64,000 nt of DNA from Candidatus Fimenecus sp. (lineage in GTDB: Bacteria > Bacillota > Clostridia > Oscillospirales > Acutalibacteraceae), in contig JBQNCN010000003.1 in the NCBI GenBank assembly GCA_052169395.1, positions 242,279 through 306,278 on the forward strand, written 5' to 3'. The translations under genes and the position numbers were made by a program. Each line of letters opens with the position of its first letter. The stretch's first letter is position 1. The notes below the pieces were generated by a model, which was not told where the DNA came from, searched no databases, and worked only from the letters and a program-made list of their open reading frames with translations. Shown piece by piece: positions 1 to 9,700 of this stretch.

Positions 1-2415
1 AGAATCATAAATATTTTAGACGGTGAAATAACCGGAGATTCAAATCCTTTAAATGAAAACGAATATATAGAAGAAAAAAAAGCTGATGACACCACAAAAA
101 AAGAAAGAAAAACAGCAATAAAACCTTCTATGAGTCTTGCTACAGCATTTTCTCTTTCTGCAAGAAATTTATTTACTAAAAGAGGACGAACCATTCTTAC
201 TATTTTTGCAGGCTCAATAGGAATAATAGGAATTGCATTAATTTTTGCAATTTCAAACGGAACAACCAATTACATAAATTCAATTCAAGAAGAAACCCTT
301 TCACAATACCCACTAATGGTGCAAAAAGAAAGCCAAGACTATTCTTCTCTTATTTCTCTTTTATCAAAAAAGCCCAGTGGAAATACACATGACAACAATG
401 CTGTATACCAAAACACAAAAACAACAGAAATGCTGTCAGGAATGTTAAGCCCTCAAAAACAAAAAAATGACTTAAAATCATTTAAAGACTTTTTAAATAA
501 AGAAACTGAACAGGGCGGTTCGCTTGCAAAAGCAATTTCTGGAGTAAGCTACACTTACAATCTTCCTCTTGTTGTTTATACAAAAGATGCAAATCAAAAT
601 ATTGCCAATACCGATCCGATGAAACTTGTTACAAACTATATTTCAAATTCGCAAGGCTTATCTACCGATATGATTTCACAATTCATGTCATCTTCCGCAA
701 CATTTGACACTTCAATGTATTCAACCTTCAGACAAATGATTCCGGGAGCTCCCGGCACTCTTTATTCAGATGTATATAAAAATCAATATGATATTCTATA
801 CGGTCATCTTCCTGAAAAATCAGATCAGGCAGTGCTTGTTTTAGGTGCAGGGAATGAACTTGATGACTTTACACTTTACAGCCTTGGATTACTTACAGCC
901 GATGAAATTAAAGCTCAAATGAACGGAGCCAAAAATGAAACTCAACGTTCATGGAGTTATGAAAAAGTCGTAAATCAAAACTACCGTGTTGTTATAAATT
1001 CCAGTTGTTTTGAAAAAGATTCTTCAACCGGACTATATAAAGATTTAAGAAACAGTGATGCCGGTCTCACAAAACTTTACAATAACGGAATCGAACTTAA
1101 AATAGTCGGTATAATTAAAGCAAAAGATGAAAACATCTCACAAGCAGGTGTACTTTACACTGAAGAACTTTACACAAAAATTATACAAAGTTCTCAAAAC
1201 TCAGATGCAATAAACGAACAAAAAGCCAATCCGTCAAAAGATATTTTGACAGGTCTTCCCTTTAAAAATGAAAACAGTTCTGACACAGAAAAGGCTGTCG
1301 GCTTTAAATCATATGTCAAATCACTTTCAGTAGATGAAAAAGCCGTTCTTTATAAAAAAATAAATAAAAGTAAAACCATAACAACAAAAAAGACCGTTGA
1401 AGTTGAAGTAAACAATCAAAGTCCAAATTATAGCCGAATAGAATTGGACGACCTTACAGAAGAACAACTTAACGCCATAATTTCATATATTGCTTCCAAT
1501 TACGGCGTATCTCCAGAATTTATAAAAAGATATATGAACAATATGTCTCAAGAACAACTTCAAAAATTCTTTTCAGAATATGTTGAAAAAATAAATTCGG
1601 GCGAAATGGAAATGCCGGAAGAATTAAAATCAGTTTTTGAAAAAAGCTCCTCTACAACAGAACAACAAACTATAACATCAACCGTTTCTGCTGATGATGT
1701 CCCTGCCAGTCAGCTTGCTACAGAACTTGAAAAGCTGTTAAATTCAAAAAGCGATAAAATCCTTGCAGAATATTACAACAAATACGTTAAATTTTCTGAT
1801 TCAACTTATGAAAAAAATCTTACAACACTCGGTTTTACAGATCTCAACGATCCATCTTCAATAAATATATATGCAAGTTCATTCAAAGATAAAAAAACGA
1901 TTTCAACAGCTATTGATAAATACAATAATTCAAAGGATACCAACAGTAAAATCAAATACACCGATTATGTTGCAATGATAATGGGTTCTGTAACATCCAT
2001 AATAAATGCTGTAACATATGTACTTATAGCCTTTGTCGCAATTTCTCTGATTGTTTCATCAATTATGATTGGCGTTATAACTCTTATATCTGTTCAGGAA
2101 CGCACAAAAGAAATCGGTATCTTGCGTGCAATAGGCGCTTCAAAGCGAAACATCTCAAGCATGTTCAATGCTGAAACAATGATAATCGGAGTGTCTTCAG
2201 GCATTTTCGGTATGATTATTTCATATATTTTATGTATACCGATAAATCTTATAATACACAAAATAACCAATATAAAAACTCTTAATGCTGTCATTCCATG
2301 GCAAGCAACAATAGTGCTTATTATTATAAGTGTCCTTTTAACTCTTATTTCCGGCATAATTCCGTCACGCTCCGCAGCAAAAAAAGATCCTGTAGAGGCT
2401 CTTAGAACTGAATAA
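1..2415 (+). CDS. Fused ABC transporter ATP-binding/permease protein, MacB/FtsX type (5' end outside the window)
   Basis: Frame 1 is open from base 1 into the ATG at 130 with no stop. Residues before it read RIINILDGEI, which looks like the C-terminal end of a MacB/LolD-type ATPase domain. Downstream are one TM helix, a very long (~570 aa) extracytoplasmic region, then three C-terminal TM helices preceded by ERTKEIGILRAIGASKRNI (FtsX-type region). Confidence 0.8.
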   Translation, partial: RIINILDGEITGDSNPLNENEYIEEKKADDTTKKERKTAIKPSMSLATAFSLSARNLFTKRGRTILTIFAGSIGIIGIALIFAISNGTTNYINSIQEETLSQYPLMVQKESQDYSSLISLLSKKPSGNTHDNNAVYQNTKTTEMLSGMLSPQKQKNDLKSFKDFLNKETEQGGSLAKAISGVSYTYNLPLVVYTKDANQNIANTDPMKLVTNYISNSQGLSTDMISQFMSSSATFDTSMYSTFRQMIPGAPGTLYSDVYKNQYDILYGHLPEKSDQAVLVLGAGNELDDFTLYSLGLLTADEIKAQMNGAKNETQRSWSYEKVVNQNYRVVINSSCFEKDSSTGLYKDLRNSDAGLTKLYNNGIELKIVGIIKAKDENISQAGVLYTEELYTKIIQSSQNSDAINEQKANPSKDILTGLPFKNENSSDTEKAVGFKSYVKSLSVDEKAVLYKKINKSKTITTKKTVEVEVNNQSPNYSRIELDDLTEEQLNAIISYIASNYGVSPEFIKRYMNNMSQEQLQKFFSEYVEKINSGEMEMPEELKSVFEKSSSTTEQQTITSTVSADDVPASQLATELEKLLNSKSDKILAEYYNKYVKFSDSTYEKNLTTLGFTDLNDPSSINIYASSFKDKKTISTAIDKYNNSKDTNSKIKYTDYVAMIMGSVTSIINAVTYVLIAFVAISLIVSSIMIGVITLISVQERTKEIGILRAIGASKRNISSMFNAETMIIGVSSGIFGMIISYILCIPINLIIHKITNIKTLNAVIPWQATIVLIIISVLLTLISGIIPSRSAAKKDPVEALRTE

Positions 2416-2437
2416 TTGAAATAAAATTTATCAAAAG

Positions 2438-2470
2438 ATAGCAAACTGCGAAAGCTGTTTGCTATTTTTA
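2438..2470 (+). terminator. Intrinsic terminator after the ABC gene
   Basis: Hairpin GCAAACUGC-GAAA-GCUGUUUGC (GNRA loop, one U-U mismatch), extended by AUA/UAU and followed by a T-run. It lies 23 nt after the stop. Confidence 0.7.
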
Positions 2471-2583
2471 ATAAAAATATTTCTTAATTTTTGTATATTT
2501 CATCAATAGAAAACAAGGTTTAAAATGGTATAATTAAATTGATAAAATGTACAATTGTTTTTAATAAATAGGTGGTGGAATTT

Positions 2584-3561
2584 ATGAAAAGGGAAATTAA
2601 GATAAGAAGAACAATTATTACGGTTTTTATATTAAGCATAATTATTTTTGCAACATATATAGTAAATGCCTCCACCATAAAGGGAGGCAGGCAATGCATA
2701 ACCTTAACGGGAGATAATGTAGTTGATTTGGGACAGGATTGCTACTATGTCAAGGTTCCCATAGGCACAAGCGGTCAGCTTCAATATACTCTCAATGAGG
2801 TTGACGGAATACAGCCCGAAGGCAAAGCTGTTTTTTATAACAGAAAACAAAATCAAAATATTTTAACTCTTTCAAAGGACGGAAAATATACGGCGAAAGA
2901 ATACGGAAAGCAACGCATAGATACTTATTATATTAATTACTCAAAAAAAAGTGAAAAATTAAAGCCTATATTAAAAAGCAAATCTGTTTCACCTGTTGGA
3001 GGTTGGCGTGAAATAGAAATAGAGGTGGTTGATAAAAACGGAAACTCCGTTGAAGAAATACCGTTTTACAGGCTGTATAATCCGAAAAGCGGAAAGTATG
3101 TATTTACAAGATTTATGACTGAAAAAGATAAACTTATCAAAAAGGGTTATAAGGATGAAGGCACAGCCTGGCAGATGGCAACAGACACAGGTTATATTAA
3201 AGCAAAAGAAAAATTTGGTGAAAATAAAAAGGTTGAAACCAAACATCAAAACACAAAAAATCCGAAAAAATCGCTTGACAAGGGAAGAACTTACGGAGTG
3301 GAACAATTTGAAAATATATTAACCAAAGACCGAGTGTTTACAAATGTTATAGACGAACGAAACTCTCTTGTTCAGAAAAAGCTTTGGAGAATGGTTGAAT
3401 ATAACTCATACAGCAAGTCCGAATATGAAACGCCGGTTTACAGACTTTATCAAAAAAAGGGTCTTAAGGGAGCTCATTACTACACGACAGATGAAAAAGA
3501 AAAAAATCAGCTTGTCGCCTCGGGCTGGAAAGATGAGGGAATTGCATTTTATACTAAATAA
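2584..3561 (+). CDS. Secreted or membrane-anchored protein with an Ig-like region and two YRLYNP...GW.DEG repeats (DUF5648-like motif, from memory)
   Basis: The ATG at 2584 is preceded by GGTGGTGG, which I prefer over the GTG at 2572. There is an N-terminal hydrophobic anchor IITVFILSIIIFATYIV. Two repeats are visible: FYRLYNPKSGKYVFT..LIKKGYKDEGTAW and PVYRLYQKKGLKGAHYYTTDEKEKNQLVASGWKDEGIAFY. Confidence 0.7.
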   Translation: MKREIKIRRTIITVFILSIIIFATYIVNASTIKGGRQCITLTGDNVVDLGQDCYYVKVPIGTSGQLQYTLNEVDGIQPEGKAVFYNRKQNQNILTLSKDGKYTAKEYGKQRIDTYYINYSKKSEKLKPILKSKSVSPVGGWREIEIEVVDKNGNSVEEIPFYRLYNPKSGKYVFTRFMTEKDKLIKKGYKDEGTAWQMATDTGYIKAKEKFGENKKVETKHQNTKNPKKSLDKGRTYGVEQFENILTKDRVFTNVIDERNSLVQKKLWRMVEYNSYSKSEYETPVYRLYQKKGLKGAHYYTTDEKEKNQLVASGWKDEGIAFYTK

Positions 3562-3788
3562 TTCCGATTTATTAAGCGTTTATATTTTTAAGTAAGTGAT
3601 ACCAATGTGCAATTAAAAGTCAATAATAAAAATAAAATGAAAATATATTATAATAAAGGATATATTATGAAAAATTTAAATTCTCCAACTTAAAAAATAA
3701 TAATTATAGCCTTTAGTATTTTTCCATAATATTCCTTGCCTGGTTCGGCAGCTTCTGATACAAATATTATGCAGATCATGACGAAGCG

Positions 3789-4007
3789 ATGACTTATGTA
3801 TATCCTGATAACGATAAAACGGTTAAATATTATTGGGACAAGGAGCACAGTCATTTATACACATATGACAAAACAAGATTCGGAAAAAAGACATCTTTTC
3901 TTGCTCCCGATGAAAAATTCAGAGTTTCTCCCAAAGAAGAAGAAAAACTAAGAGAAGATCACAAAAAGGCTTCAAAAGAGGGAAAAATCATACAAATAGG
4001 CAGTTGA
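3789..4007 (+). CDS. Hypothetical 72-aa protein, possibly the intact distal part of a decayed gene starting at 3667
   Basis: ORF with a weak RBS. Upstream reading frames contain signal-peptide-like fragments (see findings). Confidence 0.4.
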   Translation: MTYVYPDNDKTVKYYWDKEHSHLYTYDKTRFGKKTSFLAPDEKFRVSPKEEEKLREDHKKASKEGKIIQIGS

Positions 4008-4012
4008 TGCAA

Positions 4013-4049
4013 ATAAAAAATAACCGTCGGATTTCGACGGTTATTTTTA
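4013..4049. terminator. Bidirectional terminator between convergent genes
   Basis: AACCGTCG-gattt-CGACGGTT hairpin flanked by an A-run and a T-run. It lies between the 3789..4007 ORF (+) and queH (-). Confidence 0.75.
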
Positions 4050-4050
4050 T

Positions 4051-4620
4051 TTATCTTATTTCTTCAAATTCAGCTTTTTGTCTTTTAATTTGCTTTGTAT
4101 ATCTGTCCTCTTCGGAATATATACAGCCGCAGTATTTTTGCATATAAAGCCCAAGCTCCCTTGCCCTTTGATTGCCCTCTCTGAAATTTACTCTGAAATC
4201 TCTATACAGAAATTTCACATTATATTTTTCAGCAAAGCTCTCGGCAGCCTTTTTCATAAGCTCGTGATTTTGATACACGCTTGCAAAAAGCGTTGAAGTA
4301 AAGGCCTCATAGTCGTTTTCAGCCGCATATTTGGCAGTCTGCTCAAGCCTTGTTTCATAGCAATAGCTGCAACGATTTAAAATATCTCCCACGGTATTTT
4401 TAACAAATTCACGCAGCCCATAATCCTCTTTTATTATAAGCTCCATATTTATATTTTCAGCATGAGAAATAAGGCAATTTCGCCGTGCTTCATATTCCTT
4501 CCACGGATGAATATTTGGATTAAACCAGAATGCAACCGGCTCTATTCCCTCTTTCCGAAGCGGCTCCACACACGAAACGGAGCACGGCGCACAGCAGCAA
4601 TGCAAAAGAACTCTATTCAA
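4051..4620 (-). CDS. queH: Epoxyqueuosine reductase QueH (DUF208 family)
   Basis: N-terminal LLHCCCAPCS cysteine cluster plus a later CSYCY/CGC cysteine pattern, typical of QueH. TTG start preceded by GGAGAGG. Confidence 0.8.
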   Translation of the reverse strand: MNRVLLHCCCAPCSVSCVEPLRKEGIEPVAFWFNPNIHPWKEYEARRNCLISHAENINMELIIKEDYGLREFVKNTVGDILNRCSYCYETRLEQTAKYAAENDYEAFTSTLFASVYQNHELMKKAAESFAEKYNVKFLYRDFRVNFREGNQRARELGLYMQKYCGCIYSEEDRYTKQIKRQKAEFEEIR

Positions 4621-4694
4621 AATTCCTCTCCAAAATTATTATAAAATATTATCATAAGATAATCTTAGGGTATTTAAGAATATCCTTTTAATTA

Positions 4695-5897
4695 TTAAAT
4701 AAATTTCTTAACGCATTCAACAAAATTATCAATCACATAAGAAATCATTTCATCCGTAAGGCAGGTATGAAGCGGCAGAGTTATTTCATTTTTATAAAAA
4801 TTATAAGCATTGGAAAAATCCTCAATTTCAAATCCCATATTTTTATAAGCCGTCAAAAGCGGAAGCGGCTTATAATGTACATTGCATGCCACATCACGCT
4901 TTGCCATTGAAGTTATAATTTCATTTCTGTCCTCAAGCGAAATATTCGGAATCCTTGTTATATAAAGATGTCCCGATGAGGAATAATCAGTTCCGTAATG
5001 CTCAAGCACGGATATACCCAAAGGCTTAAAAGCATCGTCATATTTTTTTATTATTTCTCGTCTTTTCAAAAGCATTGCATTATATCTTTCAAGCTGTGCA
5101 AGCCCTATTGCAGCGGTAATATCAGTCATATTACACTTATAATAGGCTCCTAAAACATCATATTCCCAAGCACCAACTGTTGTTTTTGAAAGAGCATCCT
5201 TACTTTGACCGTGAAGAGATAAAAGCTGAAGCTTCTTATAAATTTCTTCATTATCAACTCCGTTAATTTTATTCCATGTAAGCGCACCGCCCTCAGCAGT
5301 AGTTAAATTTTTTACCGCATGAAATGAAAATGAAGAAAAATCTGCAATGCTACCGATCTTTTTACCATGATATTCAGCACCGAATGAGTGTGCAGCATCC
5401 GCCATTATTGCAATTCTGCCGAGTGACTCCTGAATTTTACCACAAGGCTTAAACAGACTTTTTTTAGCCTCCGCAATTTCAAAAAGTCTATTGTAATCAC
5501 AGGGCACACCTGCTATATCAACAGGAATAATCGCCTTTGTTTTTTCGGTTATTTTATCTGCAAGTCTGTCATAATCAATCTCAAGAGAATTTTTCTTGGT
5601 GTCAACAAGTACAAGCTTTGCTCCTATATGTGCCACTACCGATGCGGAAGCAGTGTAAGTATATGCAGTTGTAATGACCTCATCATCTTCGGTAAGCCCC
5701 AGAACACGCAAAGCCATTTCAGCACAGGCAGTCTGAGAATTAAGGCATACAGTTCTTTTTACCCCACAATATTCAGCTATTTTATTTTCAAATTCTTTCG
5801 TCTTGGGTCCTGTGGTTATCCAACCTGATTTTAAAACCTCAATAACTCCGTCAATTTCAGATTGACTTATATCAGGAGGTGAAAACTGAACTTTCAT
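4695..5897 (-). CDS. DegT/DnrJ/EryC1/StrS-family PLP-dependent sugar aminotransferase
   Basis: N-terminal FSPPDISQSEIDGVIEVLKSGWITTGPKTKEFE. SFHAVKNLTTAEGG carries the PLP-lysine context. Confidence 0.85.
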   Translation of the reverse strand: MKVQFSPPDISQSEIDGVIEVLKSGWITTGPKTKEFENKIAEYCGVKRTVCLNSQTACAEMALRVLGLTEDDEVITTAYTYTASASVVAHIGAKLVLVDTKKNSLEIDYDRLADKITEKTKAIIPVDIAGVPCDYNRLFEIAEAKKSLFKPCGKIQESLGRIAIMADAAHSFGAEYHGKKIGSIADFSSFSFHAVKNLTTAEGGALTWNKINGVDNEEIYKKLQLLSLHGQSKDALSKTTVGAWEYDVLGAYYKCNMTDITAAIGLAQLERYNAMLLKRREIIKKYDDAFKPLGISVLEHYGTDYSSSGHLYITRIPNISLEDRNEIITSMAKRDVACNVHYKPLPLLTAYKNMGFEIEDFSNAYNFYKNEITLPLHTCLTDEMISYVIDNFVECVKKFI

Positions 5898-5936
5898 ATT
5901 ATTTCCTTTTCTTAAAATATACTATCTTAAGCAAGC

Positions 5937-7490
5937 TTACTGACCGCTTAAAATTTTATCCATTTTTTCCTTTGTCTCTTTTATACTCTTCTCATCAGGC
6001 ACAAACATGTAAAGTTTCCAACCCGGCATTGCATAAGATGGAAGAGTTCCCGTTGTTCCGTGCCCTGAAATATCCGTTTTTTCAATTTTCCATGAACCGC
6101 CACTTTCAAGCTGCTTATTTATAACTGAAATCATAAGGTCTTTGGGAACATTAGTCTGTGTTGCCTCAAGCACAGCATTCATAATGTTATTGTAATTGAG
6201 GAGAATTGATGGACTCATCGCCTTTGAAATCATAGCTTCAATTATCTTTGTATGGTTTCTTCCTCTATCCAAATCTCCGCCTGTCAAAGCGTGACGTTCT
6301 CTTGCAAAAAGAAGTGCACGCTCACCGTTAAGATGAATTGTACCTTTATCAAAATGATATCCGCCGGCGGTAAAACTCTGGTCATTTTTAACCTCAATTC
6401 CACCTAAAACATCCACAATTTTAATAAGTGAAGTAAAATTTATTCTTGCATAATAATCTATTTTTATTCCAAAAAGATTTTCAAGGGTCTTTTGAGAAGT
6501 TTCAACACCGTAAATTCCCGCATGAGTCAATTTATCAAACTGATTATTTCCTCGTCCAGGAATTCTTACATAACTATCCCTCGGCACCGTGGTAATTAAA
6601 ATCTTTTTCGTATTTGTATTAACAGACAGAATGAGATTCACATCGGAACGTGAAATATTTGAAAGTGTACCATAATTATCATTTCCACTAACATAAATAT
6701 TATAACATCCCTCTGCATTCTTAACCGTCGTATCCTCCGTTTTCTGCTTAGTTCGTTCTATTACAACCGAATCAATAATTCTTGTCTTTTCAGAAAAATC
6801 CTTTACACCCTCTTCAACTATTGCACGGTATCCTTCATTAAAAAGAATGACTTTTTGCTCATTTTCAAGAAGAGATTTTGCCATTCCAGCATAATCATTG
6901 GCATCTTTAAGATTTAAAGATGTGTTTTTTTCTGCCATTAATTTTTTGACATATTCATCAACATTTTCCTTATCTCTTTCCAGACTTGCTCCAACCACCA
7001 TACTTCCGACATCGGAAAGCTTGGTCATTGGTGAACTTTTTAAAACAATAAGTGAAAACTGGAGTTTTTCAATATTTTCATTTTTTGAAAGATCTCTCGC
7101 TGTTTTAAGTCCTTTATGAACATACATATTAGCAAAAGCAGATCCACATCCGAAAATCAAAAGAACAAAAGAAAGAACAAAACTTATAATCTTTATTTTT
7201 TTATCTCTTTTAATTACACTTGCACGCTTCTGCCCGTTTGTTACCGATTTTATAGGTTTCAATTTGAATACAAGCAACGCAAATACCGCATATATTAAAG
7301 CAAGAACCAACATAATCACGGTTCTGTATTTATTAGGCAAAATTTTATTTACCAAAATCATATATGATAAATAACCTACAGATATAAGGCTTAAAAAATA
7401 TATTGTTTTAAGAATATAATGTCTGCCTCTTAAAAAACACCTACTTTTTTGTCTGTTTCTATTATTTCTCGAATTACTTTGACTTCTCAT
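5937..7490 (-). CDS. LytR-CpsA-Psr (LCP) family cell-envelope polymer ligase
   Basis: Basic cytoplasmic N-terminus and TM helices. LCP core: NLILSVNTNTKKILITTVPRDSYVRIP...FDKLTHAGIYG...INFTSLIKIVDVLGGIEV. Confidence 0.85.
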   Translation of the reverse strand: MRSQSNSRNNRNRQKSRCFLRGRHYILKTIYFLSLISVGYLSYMILVNKILPNKYRTVIMLVLALIYAVFALLVFKLKPIKSVTNGQKRASVIKRDKKIKIISFVLSFVLLIFGCGSAFANMYVHKGLKTARDLSKNENIEKLQFSLIVLKSSPMTKLSDVGSMVVGASLERDKENVDEYVKKLMAEKNTSLNLKDANDYAGMAKSLLENEQKVILFNEGYRAIVEEGVKDFSEKTRIIDSVVIERTKQKTEDTTVKNAEGCYNIYVSGNDNYGTLSNISRSDVNLILSVNTNTKKILITTVPRDSYVRIPGRGNNQFDKLTHAGIYGVETSQKTLENLFGIKIDYYARINFTSLIKIVDVLGGIEVKNDQSFTAGGYHFDKGTIHLNGERALLFARERHALTGGDLDRGRNHTKIIEAMISKAMSPSILLNYNNIMNAVLEATQTNVPKDLMISVINKQLESGGSWKIEKTDISGHGTTGTLPSYAMPGWKLYMFVPDEKSIKETKEKMDKILSGQ

Positions 7491-7711
7491 TTTTCGCCTT
7501 CAATTATGATTTTAATCAACATATTTTAACTTATAATATAATATAAATCAAATGAATCTAAACATTGCATATATCGTTTTTAAATACTGGTAATCAAATC
7601 TATTTTTTGTAAACAATTTATAAATTCATCAAGTTTTCAAATTTCTTTAATATACTCATTAACAAACTCTACTTCTTTGTCATAAATAATACAGTTGTAT
7701 TTCAAGCGTAA

Positions 7712-7751
7712 TAATCAAAAATAAGCATATTGTATTAACAACATGCTTATT
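7712..7751 (-). terminator. Terminator after the small ORF / phosphohexomutase unit
   Basis: 9-bp stem AATAAGCAT/ATGCTTATT (7720-7728 / 7743-7751). On the minus strand it is followed by UUUUUGAUU. Confidence 0.5.
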
Positions 7752-7760
7752 TTAACTATT

Positions 7761-7865
7761 TCATCTCATTGCAAGAGCATACCCAAGAGCCGAAAGCACA
7801 GATACAGCCATAATAATCGCAAGAACAATTGCAACTGCCCTAACAAAAATTTTTCTATCTTTCAT
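7761..7865 (-). CDS. Small hydrophobic protein, 34 aa (MKDRKIFVRAVAIVLAIIMAVSVLSALGYALAMR). Not in the supplied ORF track.
   Basis: The ATG (7865..7863) shares one base with the TAA stop (7867..7865) of the upstream phosphohexomutase gene (TAATG). It has a basic N-terminus and a single predicted TM helix, and a terminator follows. Confidence 0.5.
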   Translation of the reverse strand: MKDRKIFVRAVAIVLAIIMAVSVLSALGYALAMR

Positions 7866-9589
7866 TATACACCTAAAATTCTTTTCACATCTTTACAAAT
7901 TTTTTCCATAAGTTTTATTGCACTTACTTTAGTATCCGCCACTGCGGTTATATAAGCTTTAAGCTTAGGTTCCGTTCCTGACGGTCTTACAATCGCCATA
8001 TTACCACCCTCTAATGCATATGATAAAACATTAGATGAAGGAAGTTCTATTGTTTCTATCTTTCCACTATCTGTATAAAGTCTTTCTCTTGACTTATAAT
8101 CAGTTATCGTCAAAACTTTCAGTCCTGAAATTTCAGCCGGCGGGTTCTGACGAAGTGCTGCCATCATATCGGACATTTTCTGCATACCTGCAGCTCCTTC
8201 AAAATAAAAATTTAAAAGAGTATTTGTATAGTTTCCATATTCCGCATAAATTTCCTGCATTACATCATAAAGAGATTTTCCCTGAAGCTTATAGAATGAT
8301 GCCATTTCAACTATCATAAGAGCTGCCACAACGGCATCCTTATCCCTTGCATGAACACCTCTTAAGTACCCGTAACTTTCCTCCATTCCAAGCACAAAAC
8401 GATTTTCCTCGCCACGCTTTTCAAGTTCTGTGATAAGCTCACCTATATATTTAAAACCTGTTAAAAGATCTGCAGTTTTTGCGCCGAACTTCTCGGAAAT
8501 TACCTCAATGAGCTTTGATGTAACAATAGTTTTTACAATTATCGGATTTTTCGGCAATAAATTTTTCCTTGAAAGCTCCGATAAAAGATAGTGAGTCAAA
8601 AGAGCTCCCACCTCATTACCGCTCATAAGCTTATATTCCCCTTCCTCTAAAACGGCAATTCCTATTCGGTCGCAGTCAGGATCGGTAGCTATTATTAAAT
8701 CCGCTTTTTCAGAAAGTTCCGACGCAACTTTTTCACCTTCTTCAAATGCCTGTTTTATTTCAGGATTTGGAAACGGACAAGTTGGAAAATCACCATCAGG
8801 AAGCTCCTGTGTTTTTACAACGGTTATATTTGAAGCTCCCATTCTTTTAAAAATTTCACGAACCGGCTTATTTCCCGTTCCATTAAGAGGAGTATAAATT
8901 ATTGAAAGCTTTACTTTTTCACAAACCCCTTTATTAATCTGAGCCTTTAATACCTCATCATAAAAAGCTTCAAAAACATCTTTTCCTATGTAAGAAATTA
9001 TTCCGTCAGATATGGATTTTTCAAAATCCACAGTTTTAACTCCGGAAAAAGTATCAACCTTTTCAATAAATCCATAGGTTTTTTGTGCAGCTTCATCGGT
9101 CATCTGATAGCCGTTAGGGTCATAACATTTATATCCGTTATATTTTGCAGGATTATGAGAAGCTGTAAGAATTATTCCCGAAGAGCATTTAAAATATCTG
9201 ACGGCAAATGACAGCATAGGTGTTGGAACAAGCTCAGGATATATATATACTTTAATTCCGTTTGCGGCCAGCACGGAGGCTGCACACTTTGAAAGATAAT
9301 TTGATTTTATACGACTATCATAAGCTATTGCCACCGACGGATTTTTAAAATTTGAATTGAGATAATCGGCAAGTCCTTGAGTCGCTCTGCCCACGGTATA
9401 AACATTCATTCTGTTTGTTCCTGCACCTAAAACACCTCGAAGACCTGCGGTGCCGAACTCCAAATCTTTATAAAATCTATCAAGTATCGCTTCTTCATCA
9501 TCTTTAATGCTTAAAAGCTCAGGAATCAAATCTTTGTCTGCGGTAGCTTTTTCAAGCCACATTTCATAAAGCTTTTTAATATCGTTCAT
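7865..9589 (-). CDS. Alpha-D-phosphohexomutase (phosphoglucomutase/phosphomannomutase, PgcA-like)
   Basis: Active-site loop TASHNPAKYNGYK and metal loop TDPDCDRIG. Length is about 574 aa. RBS is AGGAGG. Confidence 0.9.
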   Translation of the reverse strand: MNDIKKLYEMWLEKATADKDLIPELLSIKDDEEAILDRFYKDLEFGTAGLRGVLGAGTNRMNVYTVGRATQGLADYLNSNFKNPSVAIAYDSRIKSNYLSKCAASVLAANGIKVYIYPELVPTPMLSFAVRYFKCSSGIILTASHNPAKYNGYKCYDPNGYQMTDEAAQKTYGFIEKVDTFSGVKTVDFEKSISDGIISYIGKDVFEAFYDEVLKAQINKGVCEKVKLSIIYTPLNGTGNKPVREIFKRMGASNITVVKTQELPDGDFPTCPFPNPEIKQAFEEGEKVASELSEKADLIIATDPDCDRIGIAVLEEGEYKLMSGNEVGALLTHYLLSELSRKNLLPKNPIIVKTIVTSKLIEVISEKFGAKTADLLTGFKYIGELITELEKRGEENRFVLGMEESYGYLRGVHARDKDAVVAALMIVEMASFYKLQGKSLYDVMQEIYAEYGNYTNTLLNFYFEGAAGMQKMSDMMAALRQNPPAEISGLKVLTITDYKSRERLYTDSGKIETIELPSSNVLSYALEGGNMAIVRPSGTEPKLKAYITAVADTKVSAIKLMEKICKDVKRILGV

Positions 9590-9700
9590 AACAATAACCT
9601 CCTATTTTATTTAATTATATTTATTTTTATACATAAAAGCAATCATAAATACGTCTTCTATATATTTATTTTATATGTTAAAATTTATTCAGGTGATTTA

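Noticed and set aside
3368-3595. 75-aa plus-strand ORF overlapping the end of the 2584..3561 gene
   Set aside because: It is an out-of-frame overlap with a supported gene whose conserved second repeat occupies the same DNA, and it has no RBS.
4621-4694. preQ1 riboswitch upstream of queH
   Set aside because: The 74-nt leader has no convincing P1 stem followed by the A-rich tail pattern of preQ1-I. It is too short and too AU-rich to call by eye.
7743-7955. 70-aa plus-strand ORF
   Set aside because: It is antisense to the phosphohexomutase 3' end and to the 34-codon ORF. It has no RBS, and the minus-strand small ORF has a coupled start and a terminator.
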